IMG/VR virus record: IMGVR_UViG_3300037882_001468
Coordinates: 1-36,194 of that record
Origin: a virus
Lineage: Duplodnaviria; Caudoviricetes
DNA length: 36,194 nucleotides
Strand: one strand, 5' to 3'
Shown one piece after another: positions 1 to 9,925 of the stretch. A model generated the notes under the pieces. That model worked only from the letters and a program-made list of their open reading frames with translations, had not been told where the DNA came from and did no database searches. The position numbers and the translations under genes were made by a program. How positions within the stretch are numbered: the first letter of the stretch is position 1; each line of letters begins with the position of its first letter.

Positions 1-99
1 GGCTCAACCACGCCTTTTAATATGCTCTTAATCACACGCTCTTGTTCAGGCAAAATAACGCCTTGCTCAATCAAGCCGCTAACATATGCGCCGATACTA
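1..99. repeat. 99-bp terminal overlap, left copy
   Basis: 1-99 is identical to 36096-36194. It lies inside a CDS whose frame continues across the junction, typical of an assembler k-mer overlap on a circular contig. Confidence 0.97.
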
Positions 100-3000
100 T
101 CTTCAAGGTTTAGGCTCAGGTTTTCAACAACCGCCTGTGTTTCTTTTAGCTTGCCATTCAGCGTTTGAACATATTTTGTTTTGATGTCATCGGCATTTCT
201 TTTAGAAAATTGCGATAGCCTTTGAAGGGCTGCGTCTTCATCATAATTAAAATCAGGGCGGGTAACTTTTTCAGCCACCATCGCTTTGATATAATCCCTT
301 TTGGCTTTAATCCGCATCAGCTTAACATCTTCGGCCGACATATCAGAAACTTTAACAATAAGCTTGTTATATTTTTTAGCTTTTTTCATAGCCTTTGTAG
401 CGTCTTCGCTCTCAGCACCAAAAAACTTTTTGCTTTGAATAATGCCGCGCACCCCTGCCACATAGCTAATCAAAGTTTGCATACTGTCTTCGTAATACTC
501 ATTAAATTCGGGGGTCACATAATCAACACCACGAGCTTTTGAATAAGATGGCCGTGCAAGCGTAATGCGGCTTGATGAAAAACCACGCAAATATTTGTTG
601 ATAAAGTCGGCTTTTTCTGGCTCTGTCAATAAATTCTTAGGGTCATGCTCTTTTAAAGCAAGCTGTATTGCGCCCCAGTTATCTTTTTTCTTTAACAGGT
701 TTAAGTAATCTAGCTTTTTATCAGCTTTTACTTGCCGTGGAAAATAGTCTTCAATATAGCCAAAGCCCAACCCAAGCGCCTCAGTTTCATTATAAAAGCC
801 ATCTAGCAATTCACGCACCCCCTGATATTCTTTTTCAATACCATACTTATTTACAAGATAATCAACCTTAACATTGTCACGGTTTTTAAGCGCAAGGTCA
901 AAAATCTTATAATCTTCGGGGGTCATTTTATCCGAAACAGCCTGAATAAATGGCTTAACAATTTTGTGGTCTTCCTGCGTGGTAATGCCAGTTTCAAACA
1001 CAAATTTACGCACAGCTATTTTTAAGCTCTTATGAATTTTGCCAAGGCGTGTTGATACAGGCACAAAAATATCGGCCGCACTTTCACCAGCACTTGACAA
1101 AACATTAAGCGCATCGGTTTTCAAGGTGTTTGGGGCCACATAATTAGCCACACGCTCATAATCGGCCTCAATATCACGCTCTTGCTGCGCCTGAAAAAGC
1201 TTTTCGCTTTTAACAAAATCGCTACCAAGCATACGGTCAAAAACATCGGAAACTTCGGGCGATATTGTCACATTCAAATTCTGTGCAGATTTATAAATAT
1301 CATTCAGCCATTGCTTAAACTTGTCAAACACGGTGTTTAATTCTGGCCGTGGTGATACGCCACTACGCAAACGTTGCTCAAAGCCACGAGCAAAACGCTC
1401 TTCCTGCGGCCGAGTAAAGCCATTGCCATCATTGCCAAGCCACTTTTTAATCTTTTCAAAATCCTGCTTAACGCGGGGTCGGTTAGTATTTTTTGCCACT
1501 TTTTCCATGTTGCGTAAAAATATGTGGGCGCTTTCATGCAGCAATGTGGAAGCATTTTTGCCAGCAAATAGCGTGATAATTGTCTGGCCATCTTTAAATT
1601 CAACCGAGCCACGAGCTTTGCCAGCTTTATCTTTTTGGTTTAATATGCGCGCATCGGCAGGGCTAAATGTGCCTTTGTTATTTACCGACTTAATTTGTGT
1701 TGGCTCAAAGGCTACATATTGTTTATCACCATTTGGCTGTGTGCCTATCACGCCATCATAACCATCTTTTATAATCTTTTTAATGCCCATACCACGCGGC
1801 ACATTTCTATCATTGGTAATTAATGGGTTTAAAATAGATAAATATCCACTAACTACTTTAACTTTAGAATTGCCAGATTGATAACCGCCAAACTGTTTTG
1901 CCGTAGTTTCATATTCACTAAAATAAATGCCAGCACCAAATTCGCCGCCACTTGACCTATTAAATGTTTCAAAATCAGCCTTAGTGCCATGATAAACCAC
2001 CATTGGTCGGCCTTGGTCATCAACCACCTTGCTATCACCAAACCAACGCCAGAAGTTTTGCAAGCCCTCTTGTGTGGCCGCAATAGGCTGGCCTTTATCG
2101 TTTGTTGTGGGGCGCACCACACCATCAACTTCAATGGTTGGCGCATCGTATGCCATGCCCTCAGCCTGAAAAAACAGCCCATCGTCAATTTCATCGGGGA
2201 TAATATCAGCAGGTTGCTGCAACGCATCGGCCGCCATAAATTCTGCAATTTCTGGTATGGTCATGCCATCGTTAATGCCCACGCGCGCATAATGGTCTAA
2301 GATTTGGTTTTGATAATCAATTTCGGCCGCAACGCTTTGCTCAATTTGCGCAGGATAAATTTTAGTGCCATTGGCCTCTTGCTCAATTAAATCCACTAAA
2401 TCATTGGCATTGACATCTTGCCCCTGCCCAAAATAGCCATCTTTTTCTAAAAGCCTAATCATGTCATCAACACTAACACCACCGGCCCGAACATAACGGC
2501 TCAGCATACCACGGCGGCCATCAAAGGCTTGGCGCAATTCACCCTGTTTCATCTCGCTTTTAGTTTTGCCACCATAGGCCAATGTGTCACGCTCTTGCTG
2601 TGTTAGCCCATCGGACAATCCACCATGGCGATAAATGGCCTGCAACAAAGTTTCGGGTGCTTTATCTAGCTTTAATGCTTTTTTAACCTGTGCAGGGTTG
2701 TTTCTATCAACCTGCATGGCCAATGAATTTTTAACACTAACAGCCTCAGCCACAAATCGCTTGGCGTTATCGCTAACCATTGGCTCATATTTGGCAACAA
2801 GATAATCGGCATCGCCAGTTTCAACCACACGAGGGGTAGGCGGGGACACCACACTACCATCTTTAATTTGCAGGCCTAAGCTATCCACCCACTCTTTTGG
2901 CGTAATGCCAAGGGCACGGCTAGAGGCATCGCTAACAGCGCCCCACAACTTGCTATTCTGCATGGCCACATCTTCGTTTTCACCTGCGGCAATAGCTTGC

Positions 3001-4385
3001 TCATAAACTTGTTTTTCAACCGCCGCAATGCCGCTTTGGTCGCGGCTGCTATCGTTAAACATTTTTGTGAATTGGTCTAAGGCCGCGCGGCTTTCTTCGT
3101 CTAAATCTTGGGCGCTTGCAATATCAACATCATTGTCAAAATCTTTCATAAGCTGCATGAATTTTGCGGCCGAGGCATCGTCTTTTGCAATGGGGGCAAG
3201 CTCTTTTTGAATAAATTCGTCCATGCCGCCTTTGGCAGATTGAAAGTTTTCAGCAGCATACTTGCCCATTTTATCAGCTTGGGCTTCATTAAAACCTTGT
3301 TTGGTGGCTTCATCTTTTACAAATGCGCCAACGGTTACGCTTGTTGTGCCGCCAATAATACCACCCAAAACGCCTTGGTAGAGAATATCTTCGGCTGTTT
3401 GCTGCATACTTTTATTGCGAATACCTGAAACTTGGGTAATTAGCTCTTCACCAGTTGCTTGCCCACTCTCTTGCATAAGTTCTGTAATGCCACCTGAAGC
3501 AAAACGGCTTACAGCACTGTTGGCTCTTAACCCTGACATAAAAGCTGGCAAACCCACAGCTTCAAGACCACCATCAACCATACCACCAAAAGTTGATATG
3601 TCTGAAGATGTAGCAGCGTCTTTAGTTTTTCGCCCCTCTTGATATAAATTTGATTTTTGTAACCCGCCAAAAAAAACCGCAGACATAGTAGTGCTTTTTG
3701 TCAAATAGGCTAAGCCAAGACTAGTTAATAGAGAGCCTGCGCCAGAGCTAAGGTCATAAATTTTTTGAGCCCCCCATTCGTTATCGCTTGGCCGCTCAGG
3801 CAATGCCTTTTTAACCCACTCTTGATTGCGTTCGCTAAGTTTTTTTGAACCTTCTAGCAAATCTTGATAATTTTCCATGCCAACAAATTTATCAATGTAA
3901 TGCTGTATGACTTTTACAGGGCGTTGGTTTATGGGATTTGTTACATATTCGCCCTCGCCCATGCGCTGTAAAGCAGTTTCTGCAATTTCAGTTTCAAGGC
4001 CTAAAAACGCTTGCGGTATTTGCCCAACAAGAAAGTTACCTACACCGCCAGCAGCAGCTTTTAGGCGGCCTACTGGCTTCATAGCCCAAAATTCTTTTAC
4101 TTCATCAACATCACGCTCAATAACAAAGCGAGTTTCATCGGCATTAAGCGTTTGCGGCACACTCAGCACACGCTTGCTTTTAGCGTCATAAACCGTGTTA
4201 TTTGGCGCATTGATGGTTTTAAGCTGCAATGGCTGCAAGATTTGTTGCGCGCGGCCTGTGTTGTCGCCTGCCGTTAATTCTGAAACACTCACTTGTGGGA
4301 TATTGCCATTGCTAGCGGCTGGCTTGGCGGCCCCCGCTTGGGTCATCTTTACTTCGCTTGGGGTTAAACTGCGCAAATCAACCAT
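1..4385 (-). CDS. Giant internal virion/DNA-ejection (polyvalent) protein, 5' part; joins 35090..36095 across the junction, ~1796 aa total
   Basis: ATG at 4385 overlaps the TAA of the upstream gene (TAATG) and reads MVDLRSLTPSEVKMTQ. Segments I translated by hand are open and in frame with the 35090..36169 ORF (36169 maps to position 74, same frame). Contains NFWRWFGDSKVVDDQGRPMVVYHGT, STLLHESAH and EERFARGFE..FKQWLNDIY..VFDRML, typical of epsilon15/BPP-1-type large ejection proteins. Confidence 0.9.
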   Translation of the reverse strand, partial: MVDLRSLTPSEVKMTQAGAAKPAASNGNIPQVSVSELTAGDNTGRAQQILQPLQLKTINAPNNTVYDAKSKRVLSVPQTLNADETRFVIERDVDEVKEFWAMKPVGRLKAAAGGVGNFLVGQIPQAFLGLETEIAETALQRMGEGEYVTNPINQRPVKVIQHYIDKFVGMENYQDLLEGSKKLSERNQEWVKKALPERPSDNEWGAQKIYDLSSGAGSLLTSLGLAYLTKSTTMSAVFFGGLQKSNLYQEGRKTKDAATSSDISTFGGMVDGGLEAVGLPAFMSGLRANSAVSRFASGGITELMQESGQATGEELITQVSGIRNKSMQQTAEDILYQGVLGGIIGGTTSVTVGAFVKDEATKQGFNEAQADKMGKYAAENFQSAKGGMDEFIQKELAPIAKDDASAAKFMQLMKDFDNDVDIASAQDLDEESRAALDQFTKMFNDSSRDQSGIAAVEKQVYEQAIAAGENEDVAMQNSKLWGAVSDASSRALGITPKEWVDSLGLQIKDGSVVSPPTPRVVETGDADYLVAKYEPMVSDNAKRFVAEAVSVKNSLAMQVDRNNPAQVKKALKLDKAPETLLQAIYRHGGLSDGLTQQERDTLAYGGKTKSEMKQGELRQAFDGRRGMLSRYVRAGGVSVDDMIRLLEKDGYFGQGQDVNANDLVDLIEQEANGTKIYPAQIEQSVAAEIDYQNQILDHYARVGINDGMTIPEIAEFMAADALQQPADIIPDEIDDGLFFQAEGMAYDAPTIEVDGVVRPTTNDKGQPIAATQEGLQNFWRWFGDSKVVDDQGRPMVVYHGTKADFETFNRSSGGEFGAGIYFSEYETTAKQFGGYQSGNSKVKVVSGYLSILNPLITNDRNVPRGMGIKKIIKDGYDGVIGTQPNGDKQYVAFEPTQIKSVNNKGTFSPADARILNQKDKAGKARGSVEFKDGQTIITLFAGKNASTLLHESAHIFLRNMEKVAKNTNRPRVKQDFEKIKKWLGNDGNGFTRPQEERFARGFEQRLRSGVSPRPELNTVFDKFKQWLNDIYKSAQNLNVTISPEVSDVFDRMLGSDFVKSEKLFQAQQERDIEADYERVANYVAPNTLKTDALNVLSSAGESAADIFVPVSTRLGKIHKSLKIAVRKFVFETGITTQEDHKIVKPFIQAVSDKMTPEDYKIFDLALKNRDNVKVDYLVNKYGIEKEYQGVRELLDGFYNETEALGLGFGYIEDYFPRQVKADKKLDYLNLLKKKDNWGAIQLALKEHDPKNLLTEPEKADFINKYLRGFSSSRITLARPSYSKARGVDYVTPEFNEYYEDSMQTLISYVAGVRGIIQSKKFFGAESEDATKAMKKAKKYNKLIVKVSDMSAEDVKLMRIKAKRDYIKAMVAEKVTRPDFNYDEDAALQRLSQFSKRNADDIKTKYVQTLNGKLKETQAVVENLSLNLEDSIGAYVSGLIEQGVILPEQERVIKSILKGVVE
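1240..1620 (-). other. Zincin-like HExxH metallopeptidase-like domain within the giant ejection protein
   Basis: RGSVEF..IITLF..NASTLLHESAH (HESAH at 1524-1538), followed by a downstream EE motif (QEERFARGF). Confidence 0.7.
1640..2150 (-). other. ADP-ribosyltransferase-like (ART-PolyVal type) domain within the giant ejection protein
   Basis: Manual translation gives VVYHGT (YHGT at 1983-1994), FGAGIYFS, YLSILNPL, GYDGVI and YVAFEPTQIKS-NNKGTF, the motif order of ART domains in polyvalent proteins. Confidence 0.8.
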
Positions 4386-6088
4386 TAGAAACTCATGCCT
4401 TCTGGGGCTTTACCCGCATTTTCTTGTGTGCCATCAGGATAAACCCGATATAAATTGCCATCGCTGCCAAGCTTAACATCAAAGGCGGGTTTAGCAATGG
4501 CATCGGGCTTAACATTGCGCTCACCAGCCATGCCCTGTGTAAGTGTGCCACCATCTAAAACTTGGTTAGGCAGGTCATTAAGTGTGCTCAAAATTGGGTG
4601 ACTATCAAGCATAAAGTTTTTCTTGGCCATATTAAAGGCCTCACTTTTAATCTTGTTTTGCTGCATTTTGTTTAAGCTACGAATATCGGCCACGCTTTTA
4701 ACACCATAGCTATTGGCTTGCTCTTTTAGCGCCCCATAATAATAATCAGCCATCTTAACTTTATTCAAAGCATTAACCATAGAATTTTTCTTATTCAAAG
4801 TGCGCTTGGTTTCGTTTGATGGGTCATCGTCAATCGGCAAAGCTATCTGGTCATCAAACATACTATTGACTTTATCAAAGCCCAAGCTGTCATCAAACCA
4901 TGTGGTTGGCGAACTCCAAGACGATGGGTGCTCAAATTGCTTAACCTTACTATCGGCCAAGGGTTGCACCAAATCTGAAACAAACCCCTCTGCCTCTTTT
5001 GGTGTAATAGCACCAACTCTAGCCGCCCGATAAACGGTATCTTGAAAAGCGCCAAACTCTTCGGCGCTAATATCGCGCGGCTCACCGTCTTCATTAGGCG
5101 ATGTCACCCGATGCACTTTATCGTAAATTTCCATTTTAATGGCCATCTTGTCTTCGGGCGATGTTTTTTTGCCATCAGTTTGGTCTAAAAAGCCGTTAAT
5201 CTTCATAAGATATGCACCAGTTTCGGGCGAAACTTTCTTTTGCTCAATCTGAGTTTGCAAATCTGCATAGCCCATAGGCTTTTGCATTGAACTTGCCACA
5301 AGCTCATTGCCTGCCATAATGCTGCTATAGCCATCACGCTGCACGGTCATCTTATTAAACGATTTAGCTTTGCGCTCTATGCTGTTTTTCATGCGCATAT
5401 AGGTATCAGCATCGCCAAAATCATTGGCCATGTTCGGGTCTTGCATAAGTTGCAGGGCCTTATTTGGATTTACATCAGCAACACCGCTTAAAAATGTTTT
5501 TAGATAATCGCTTTTATAATTACCCAATAGCTCGGCCGTTGTTTCTGAACCCAAATTGCGCTCACCAAAAGCCTGAACTTGGTTAATAGAATTTTCAAAA
5601 TCAAGGTATGCGCCCATTTCTGTTTGGCCGCTATTAGCAAAGTTTTGGCCATTAATCATAGCCGCAGTTAAATTGTTTTGCAGGCTGGTATTAATAGAAC
5701 TAACGGTGTTTTTCTTTGATTGGTCAATGCCCCATGCCTGAATTGTTAAATCGTTTTGGCTGCTAATTTTAAGCGTGTTTTCATTCCAATATTTACGATA
5801 AACAGGGCTAATTTCGGCGCCATAAGTGTCAAAAACTTCTTTACGTTTTTCTTGGTATTGTTTCAAACCTTCGGCATTGGTGGGGTCGCCTTCATAATCA
5901 ATTTTGAACTGATTATCTAAGCTTTGCAAATCAATCTGCGCCTTTGATAAATTCTCGTTTATCTTGGCCTCTTGGTTGCTCTTCATAATATCGCCAGCAA
6001 CCGCCCCTAGCACTTGGCCAATCGGGTCGGTAACTTTTGGCACAACCTGCCCAACAGTTTGAAAGTTTGATAAATCACGTTGCGCCAT
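4385..6088 (-). CDS. Internal virion/ejection protein (T7 gp15 position), 567 aa
   Basis: Long helical N/Q/A-rich ORF between the small and giant ejection proteins; assigned from synteny. Confidence 0.7.
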   Translation of the reverse strand: MAQRDLSNFQTVGQVVPKVTDPIGQVLGAVAGDIMKSNQEAKINENLSKAQIDLQSLDNQFKIDYEGDPTNAEGLKQYQEKRKEVFDTYGAEISPVYRKYWNENTLKISSQNDLTIQAWGIDQSKKNTVSSINTSLQNNLTAAMINGQNFANSGQTEMGAYLDFENSINQVQAFGERNLGSETTAELLGNYKSDYLKTFLSGVADVNPNKALQLMQDPNMANDFGDADTYMRMKNSIERKAKSFNKMTVQRDGYSSIMAGNELVASSMQKPMGYADLQTQIEQKKVSPETGAYLMKINGFLDQTDGKKTSPEDKMAIKMEIYDKVHRVTSPNEDGEPRDISAEEFGAFQDTVYRAARVGAITPKEAEGFVSDLVQPLADSKVKQFEHPSSWSSPTTWFDDSLGFDKVNSMFDDQIALPIDDDPSNETKRTLNKKNSMVNALNKVKMADYYYGALKEQANSYGVKSVADIRSLNKMQQNKIKSEAFNMAKKNFMLDSHPILSTLNDLPNQVLDGGTLTQGMAGERNVKPDAIAKPAFDVKLGSDGNLYRVYPDGTQENAGKAPEGMSF

Positions 6089-6101
6089 CTAAAAGCTCCA
6101 A

Positions 6102-6590
6102 TTAAAAACCCGGTCCCTGTGCGCCGTTTAAGCTGCCGAAAATATTACCCATGCCACCATTAAACAGGCTTTGGCCACCAGTTTGCAAACCAAATGAGCC
6201 AGCCTTAAAGGCACTAGCCCCAGCCCCTGCAAAGCTTGCGCCTGCAAAGCTAGAGGCAATAGATGAAATGGCCTGAGCGCGCCCCTCAGCAATTTGCTGT
6301 TTAGCCTTAGTGTTGTAATTTGAAGACAACTGATTAAGGTCGGTTAGCCCTGTGCTAAAGGTGCTATCAATAACATTCTCAGGTGTGCCCTCAAGGGTAA
6401 GCCCTGAATTTAAGAAAGATGATTTTTGCCGTGCGGCGCGCATTTGCACTTCTTTTGCCTTGTTGGCAGTAGCAATATTGCCCTCAGCGATAGTGGCATT
6501 AGCAGCAGATTTGGCATTTTTTATTGACTGGCTGGCAGAAAAAGCACCAGAGGCGAGCGTGCCAATCAAAATTGCGGTTTCTATTCCCAT
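6102..6590 (-). CDS. Small internal virion/ejection protein (T7 gp14-like)
   Basis: Likely start MGIETAILIG at 6590 after a G-rich RBS. Hydrophobic N-terminus, RAARQKSSFLNSGLTLEGTP motif and Gly/Ala-rich C-terminus. Confidence 0.75.
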   Translation of the reverse strand: MGIETAILIGTLASGAFSASQSIKNAKSAANATIAEGNIATANKAKEVQMRAARQKSSFLNSGLTLEGTPENVIDSTFSTGLTDLNQLSSNYNTKAKQQIAEGRAQAISSIASSFAGASFAGAGASAFKAGSFGLQTGGQSLFNGGMGNIFGSLNGAQGPGF

Positions 6591-6979
6591 GTTGCCCCCC
6601 ATGTATTAACTGTTTTGCCATCAACGACAGCTTGCCCAATCTTTTCAAAGCCAAAAAACTTGTGCCATCGCTCTAAGCGGTCATCTTGCAAGCTGGCAGT
6701 CATGCAGCTTTTTGGGCTATAAGCATTAGTAGCATTATTTAAGAACTGTTTCAATTCTTTAATGTCACCAATTTTAATATCGTTAGGCATTAAAAAGAAA
6801 ATGCCAAATTCCCTTGGCTTATATTCGTGCCAAATAACAATCCCACGCACAACCCCCAATGTTTCTAGTGTGTATTTTTCATACAAAATATTGCCAAAAA
6901 CAAAGTCATACTTAGAAAAATCAGAAAACTCATTGCAATTAAGCTTTTTTTCATCGCCATGCTCATAGGGTCTAATCAT
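6581..6979 (-). CDS. GNAT-fold virion assembly protein (T7 gp13-like)
   Basis: 132 aa with C-terminal ERWHKFFGF motif, directly after the nozzle gene. Confidence 0.7.
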   Translation of the reverse strand: MIRPYEHGDEKKLNCNEFSDFSKYDFVFGNILYEKYTLETLGVVRGIVIWHEYKPREFGIFFLMPNDIKIGDIKELKQFLNNATNAYSPKSCMTASLQDDRLERWHKFFGFEKIGQAVVDGKTVNTWGATWE

Positions 6980-9240
6980 CGGGTGGTGCTATAGTTAGCG
7001 TCAAGCATTATAGCCGTTACACACAAGGGCAATGGCGCTTCTTGAACAATGTAAAAGAATTTATCCTGAGCATTGTCATCGGATAAGGTGATAGATTTAA
7101 TGCCATCAATAGGAATTGGCGGCAAATAGTTAATATCTTGCTGGCCAAGCTCTTGCACAGGCTCAAGATGGTAAGGGGAAGCGCCAAACAAACCGCCAGC
7201 ACTTGCCACACATCTTAAATGGGCACGGCTAATAGCCTTCATGGTAACTTGGGTATTTTCGGCCCCCGCCTGAAAACCGAGGCAGAAAGATTTAATTAAG
7301 CCCTTATATCGGTAGCCAATGACAGTATGCGTAACCTGCCCAGTAAATGACAGCACACCGCCGCTAATTTCAAAATCCGATAGGTAGCCGCCATCAGTTA
7401 CAACCCCGACCGTAGTGCCGTTAAATTGGCTTAAACCGCTAAGGCTAGAAAATGACAAATACCAATCTGTGTATGTGTTAGATGTTGGCTCTTGCAGCAC
7501 ACTAACAGTTACATTGAAAGCATCAATAAAAGCCGTTATCTCAAAGCGCCCACTTTCATAGCCTGTGGCCGTTTTATAGACTATATGCTTGCCCACATCG
7601 CCCAAGACAAACACAGAGCTAGTGGCCGTTATTTTGTTCAAACCCGCATTATAGGTTATTAAATTGCTTTTTAAATCACTATAAATAAGGGCCCCATCAA
7701 GATAAACGCAGCTTTTTAGCTCTTCGGCAACCTTGCGGACATATGCCACATCGTCAATTTGCTGGCTATCTTTATCAGTAAAAAAGTTTATGCGCTGTGA
7801 AAATTCCACAAAATCCGCTTGTTGCTCAATGTAAAACACGCCATTGCGCTGCACCAGCGCTATCAGTTGCGGGTCGCCATTGTTATTTGTGATAACAGCC
7901 ATGTCTTCAAAAAGGCCATTGGTTTCCTGAGAGTGAAAGCCGATAATATTTTCATCTTTTTTGAAGTTTAAGGTGACTAAATCGCCATCGCCGCGAATTG
8001 AATAGATAATATCGTTGCGGTCTTTTTTGTGCCTAATCTTACCAAGCCCACCCGCCGTGATGTCATACGAGATAAAGTTGGCATCGGCCGCCACAAAGCT
8101 CTCGGTCAAAAGGTCATAGTTAAAATAGTAAAGGTTGCGATTATTGCGGCCCACATAAAACACATAGCCATCTTTTCTTAATGGGTATGTCTTATTGCAA
8201 CCATCGGCAGATGTTAAGGTGAATTCTATAGTATCGGCTGTAATAGCATTGCCCACGCCGCCGCCATTAACCGCAACAATGCCGCTTGCAGAACCAACAA
8301 TTAACGAGTTGTCGCCAGCAAATAGCCACTCAATTTTTTGGCTAATTTCGGCAATAGTAGCTTGCAGCGCCGAGGTGTCAAGCACAGTCACAGGCAAGGT
8401 GAAGGTATCGTAAAACCCTTGCTCGCTGCCCCAAATTGTCGTTAGCTTTGCCGTTGTGGCCGCATAATACAAACGGCTCTTATAAAACAAGCAGCAAGCT
8501 GGATAATCGCTTGTCAGAACCTGATTTACAATGCCGCCAGAGCTATAAGCCGTAAAGGTTGTTGTATCCACATCAATAGAAAATGTTGTGGCCGTGAGCA
8601 CCGTTACAATGGCGGTATAGCCATTAATTTGCGTCATGCCAACCACGCCGCTAAATTTTGCAGATTGCCCAGTTGTCAAACCGTGGGCCGCCGATGTGGT
8701 TACAACGCCATTAGCCGCTTTGGTAATGCCTGTTATTGTGATATTGGCGCCAAATGTTAAACCAAATGGGTCATCTTTTATAGCAAATGTCTTGAATGTA
8801 AAGGCATTAGCCGCCGTGCGCACAAGCTTTCGGGGCGCATGGTTGGGGTGTGTAAAAATCATTGTGTCAAAGTTTTGGGTGTAATCTAAATCTTCGCACT
8901 CGGCCAGCGTGTAAGGGGTGGCCACTTCAATCGGCACCCCAGCGCTTAAAACCCACCCAAAGTTGCCGTTAATATCAAATGACATGAAGCGGATTTTGTT
9001 GGCGTAAAAGAACAGCACATAGTTTTGCGTGTTATTAAAGTTAAATTCGGCCATAACGCAATCTTCAAAAGCGACTATGCTTTTAAAACCTTTGCGATAA
9101 ATGGCATTGCCCTTGAAGTTTGAAATAAAGTTTTCGTAAAAGTCTGCGCCAGATTGATAAATGGGCAAATCAAAGCGCCCCATCATGTCATGGTCTATGC
9201 GGCCCCGACTGAAATTATTATAAGCGGTTAAAACTTTCAT
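6976..9240 (-). CDS. Tail nozzle / tail tubular protein B with inserted FCCH-like beta domain
   Basis: 754 aa, N-terminal NFSRG..MMGRFDL..Y..G..ENF..G..RKG motif, YPACCLFYKSRLYY, beta-rich; follows the adaptor gene. Confidence 0.88.
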   Translation of the reverse strand: MKVLTAYNNFSRGRIDHDMMGRFDLPIYQSGADFYENFISNFKGNAIYRKGFKSIVAFEDCVMAEFNFNNTQNYVLFFYANKIRFMSFDINGNFGWVLSAGVPIEVATPYTLAECEDLDYTQNFDTMIFTHPNHAPRKLVRTAANAFTFKTFAIKDDPFGLTFGANITITGITKAANGVVTTSAAHGLTTGQSAKFSGVVGMTQINGYTAIVTVLTATTFSIDVDTTTFTAYSSGGIVNQVLTSDYPACCLFYKSRLYYAATTAKLTTIWGSEQGFYDTFTLPVTVLDTSALQATIAEISQKIEWLFAGDNSLIVGSASGIVAVNGGGVGNAITADTIEFTLTSADGCNKTYPLRKDGYVFYVGRNNRNLYYFNYDLLTESFVAADANFISYDITAGGLGKIRHKKDRNDIIYSIRGDGDLVTLNFKKDENIIGFHSQETNGLFEDMAVITNNNGDPQLIALVQRNGVFYIEQQADFVEFSQRINFFTDKDSQQIDDVAYVRKVAEELKSCVYLDGALIYSDLKSNLITYNAGLNKITATSSVFVLGDVGKHIVYKTATGYESGRFEITAFIDAFNVTVSVLQEPTSNTYTDWYLSFSSLSGLSQFNGTTVGVVTDGGYLSDFEISGGVLSFTGQVTHTVIGYRYKGLIKSFCLGFQAGAENTQVTMKAISRAHLRCVASAGGLFGASPYHLEPVQELGQQDINYLPPIPIDGIKSITLSDDNAQDKFFYIVQEAPLPLCVTAIMLDANYSTTR

Positions 9241-9866
9241 TATTTTTTGCTGCTATTGCTAGGAAATGGTGTGTATCTTGATTGCTTATAAAGCGAATTG
9301 CTTATTCTAATAGGCCTGTTTTCTTGGGCGTTCATGCCGCTAATTGAGCCAATAACACGTGATACCATGACCTCTAGCTGGCCAGCCTTGGCAACATCTT
9401 GTGTCACGCTCATGCAGGCCTGTGAGGCCAGATAAAGCGAAAGGCCTTTGACAAACTCAGCGCTAAACTTTGAAACATCTTCAACATCGGCGATAAAGCG
9501 CAACGGCAGGCCATCGGCATATTCGGTGTTGGTTAAAATCATGTTGCTTTCAACTGTATAATCATTTTGCTTATCTTCAACATTGCCAATGCCTAGCACC
9601 TTCAAACAGTCGCTTGGATATTCATAGGCATAGGCAAAAGAATTGGCGTAACCCGCAGGCACAGCAGATAACGCAGCTACAATGCGGCGGCTAAGCGCAA
9701 AGTTAGGCATTAAAAGCTTTAATAAATACTGTCTTGAAATATCATACCAAAGAGCAAACGTAAGCTCTTTATCATTTTGCGGCGTGTCAATATTGGTAAT
9801 GGTGCCAAAATTGCCCATTAGACCGAGGGACATATTGCAAATAGTTATCTTTGATGAAACCGACAT
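9240..9866 (-). CDS. Tail adaptor / tail tubular protein A
   Basis: SKITICNMSLGLMG start, YDISR..L...PNFA and YAYEYPSDCLKV motifs typical of podovirus adaptors. Confidence 0.88.
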   Translation of the reverse strand: MSVSSKITICNMSLGLMGNFGTITNIDTPQNDKELTFALWYDISRQYLLKLLMPNFALSRRIVAALSAVPAGYANSFAYAYEYPSDCLKVLGIGNVEDKQNDYTVESNMILTNTEYADGLPLRFIADVEDVSKFSAEFVKGLSLYLASQACMSVTQDVAKAGQLEVMVSRVIGSISGMNAQENRPIRISNSLYKQSRYTPFPSNSSKK

Positions 9867-9890
9867 TGCGCCCCCTAATAGTTTTAACAG

Positions 9891-9917
9891 AAAAAAGGGG
9901 CGGCGCTAACCGCCCCC
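9891..9917 (-). terminator. Rho-independent terminator after the capsid/cement genes
   Basis: Minus strand GGGGCGG-TTAGCG-CCGCCCC followed by TTTTTT. Confidence 0.9.
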
Positions 9918-9925
9918 TTAATTAT

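Noticed and set aside
1-99. Biological direct terminal repeat (T7-like DTR)
   Set aside because: The 99-bp length is a common assembler k-mer size and the repeat falls mid-gene, so it is best explained as a circular assembly overlap.
222-4476. Many short ORFs on both strands in the track
   Set aside because: They are shadows of the single giant minus-strand gene, with no RBS context or recognisable motifs.
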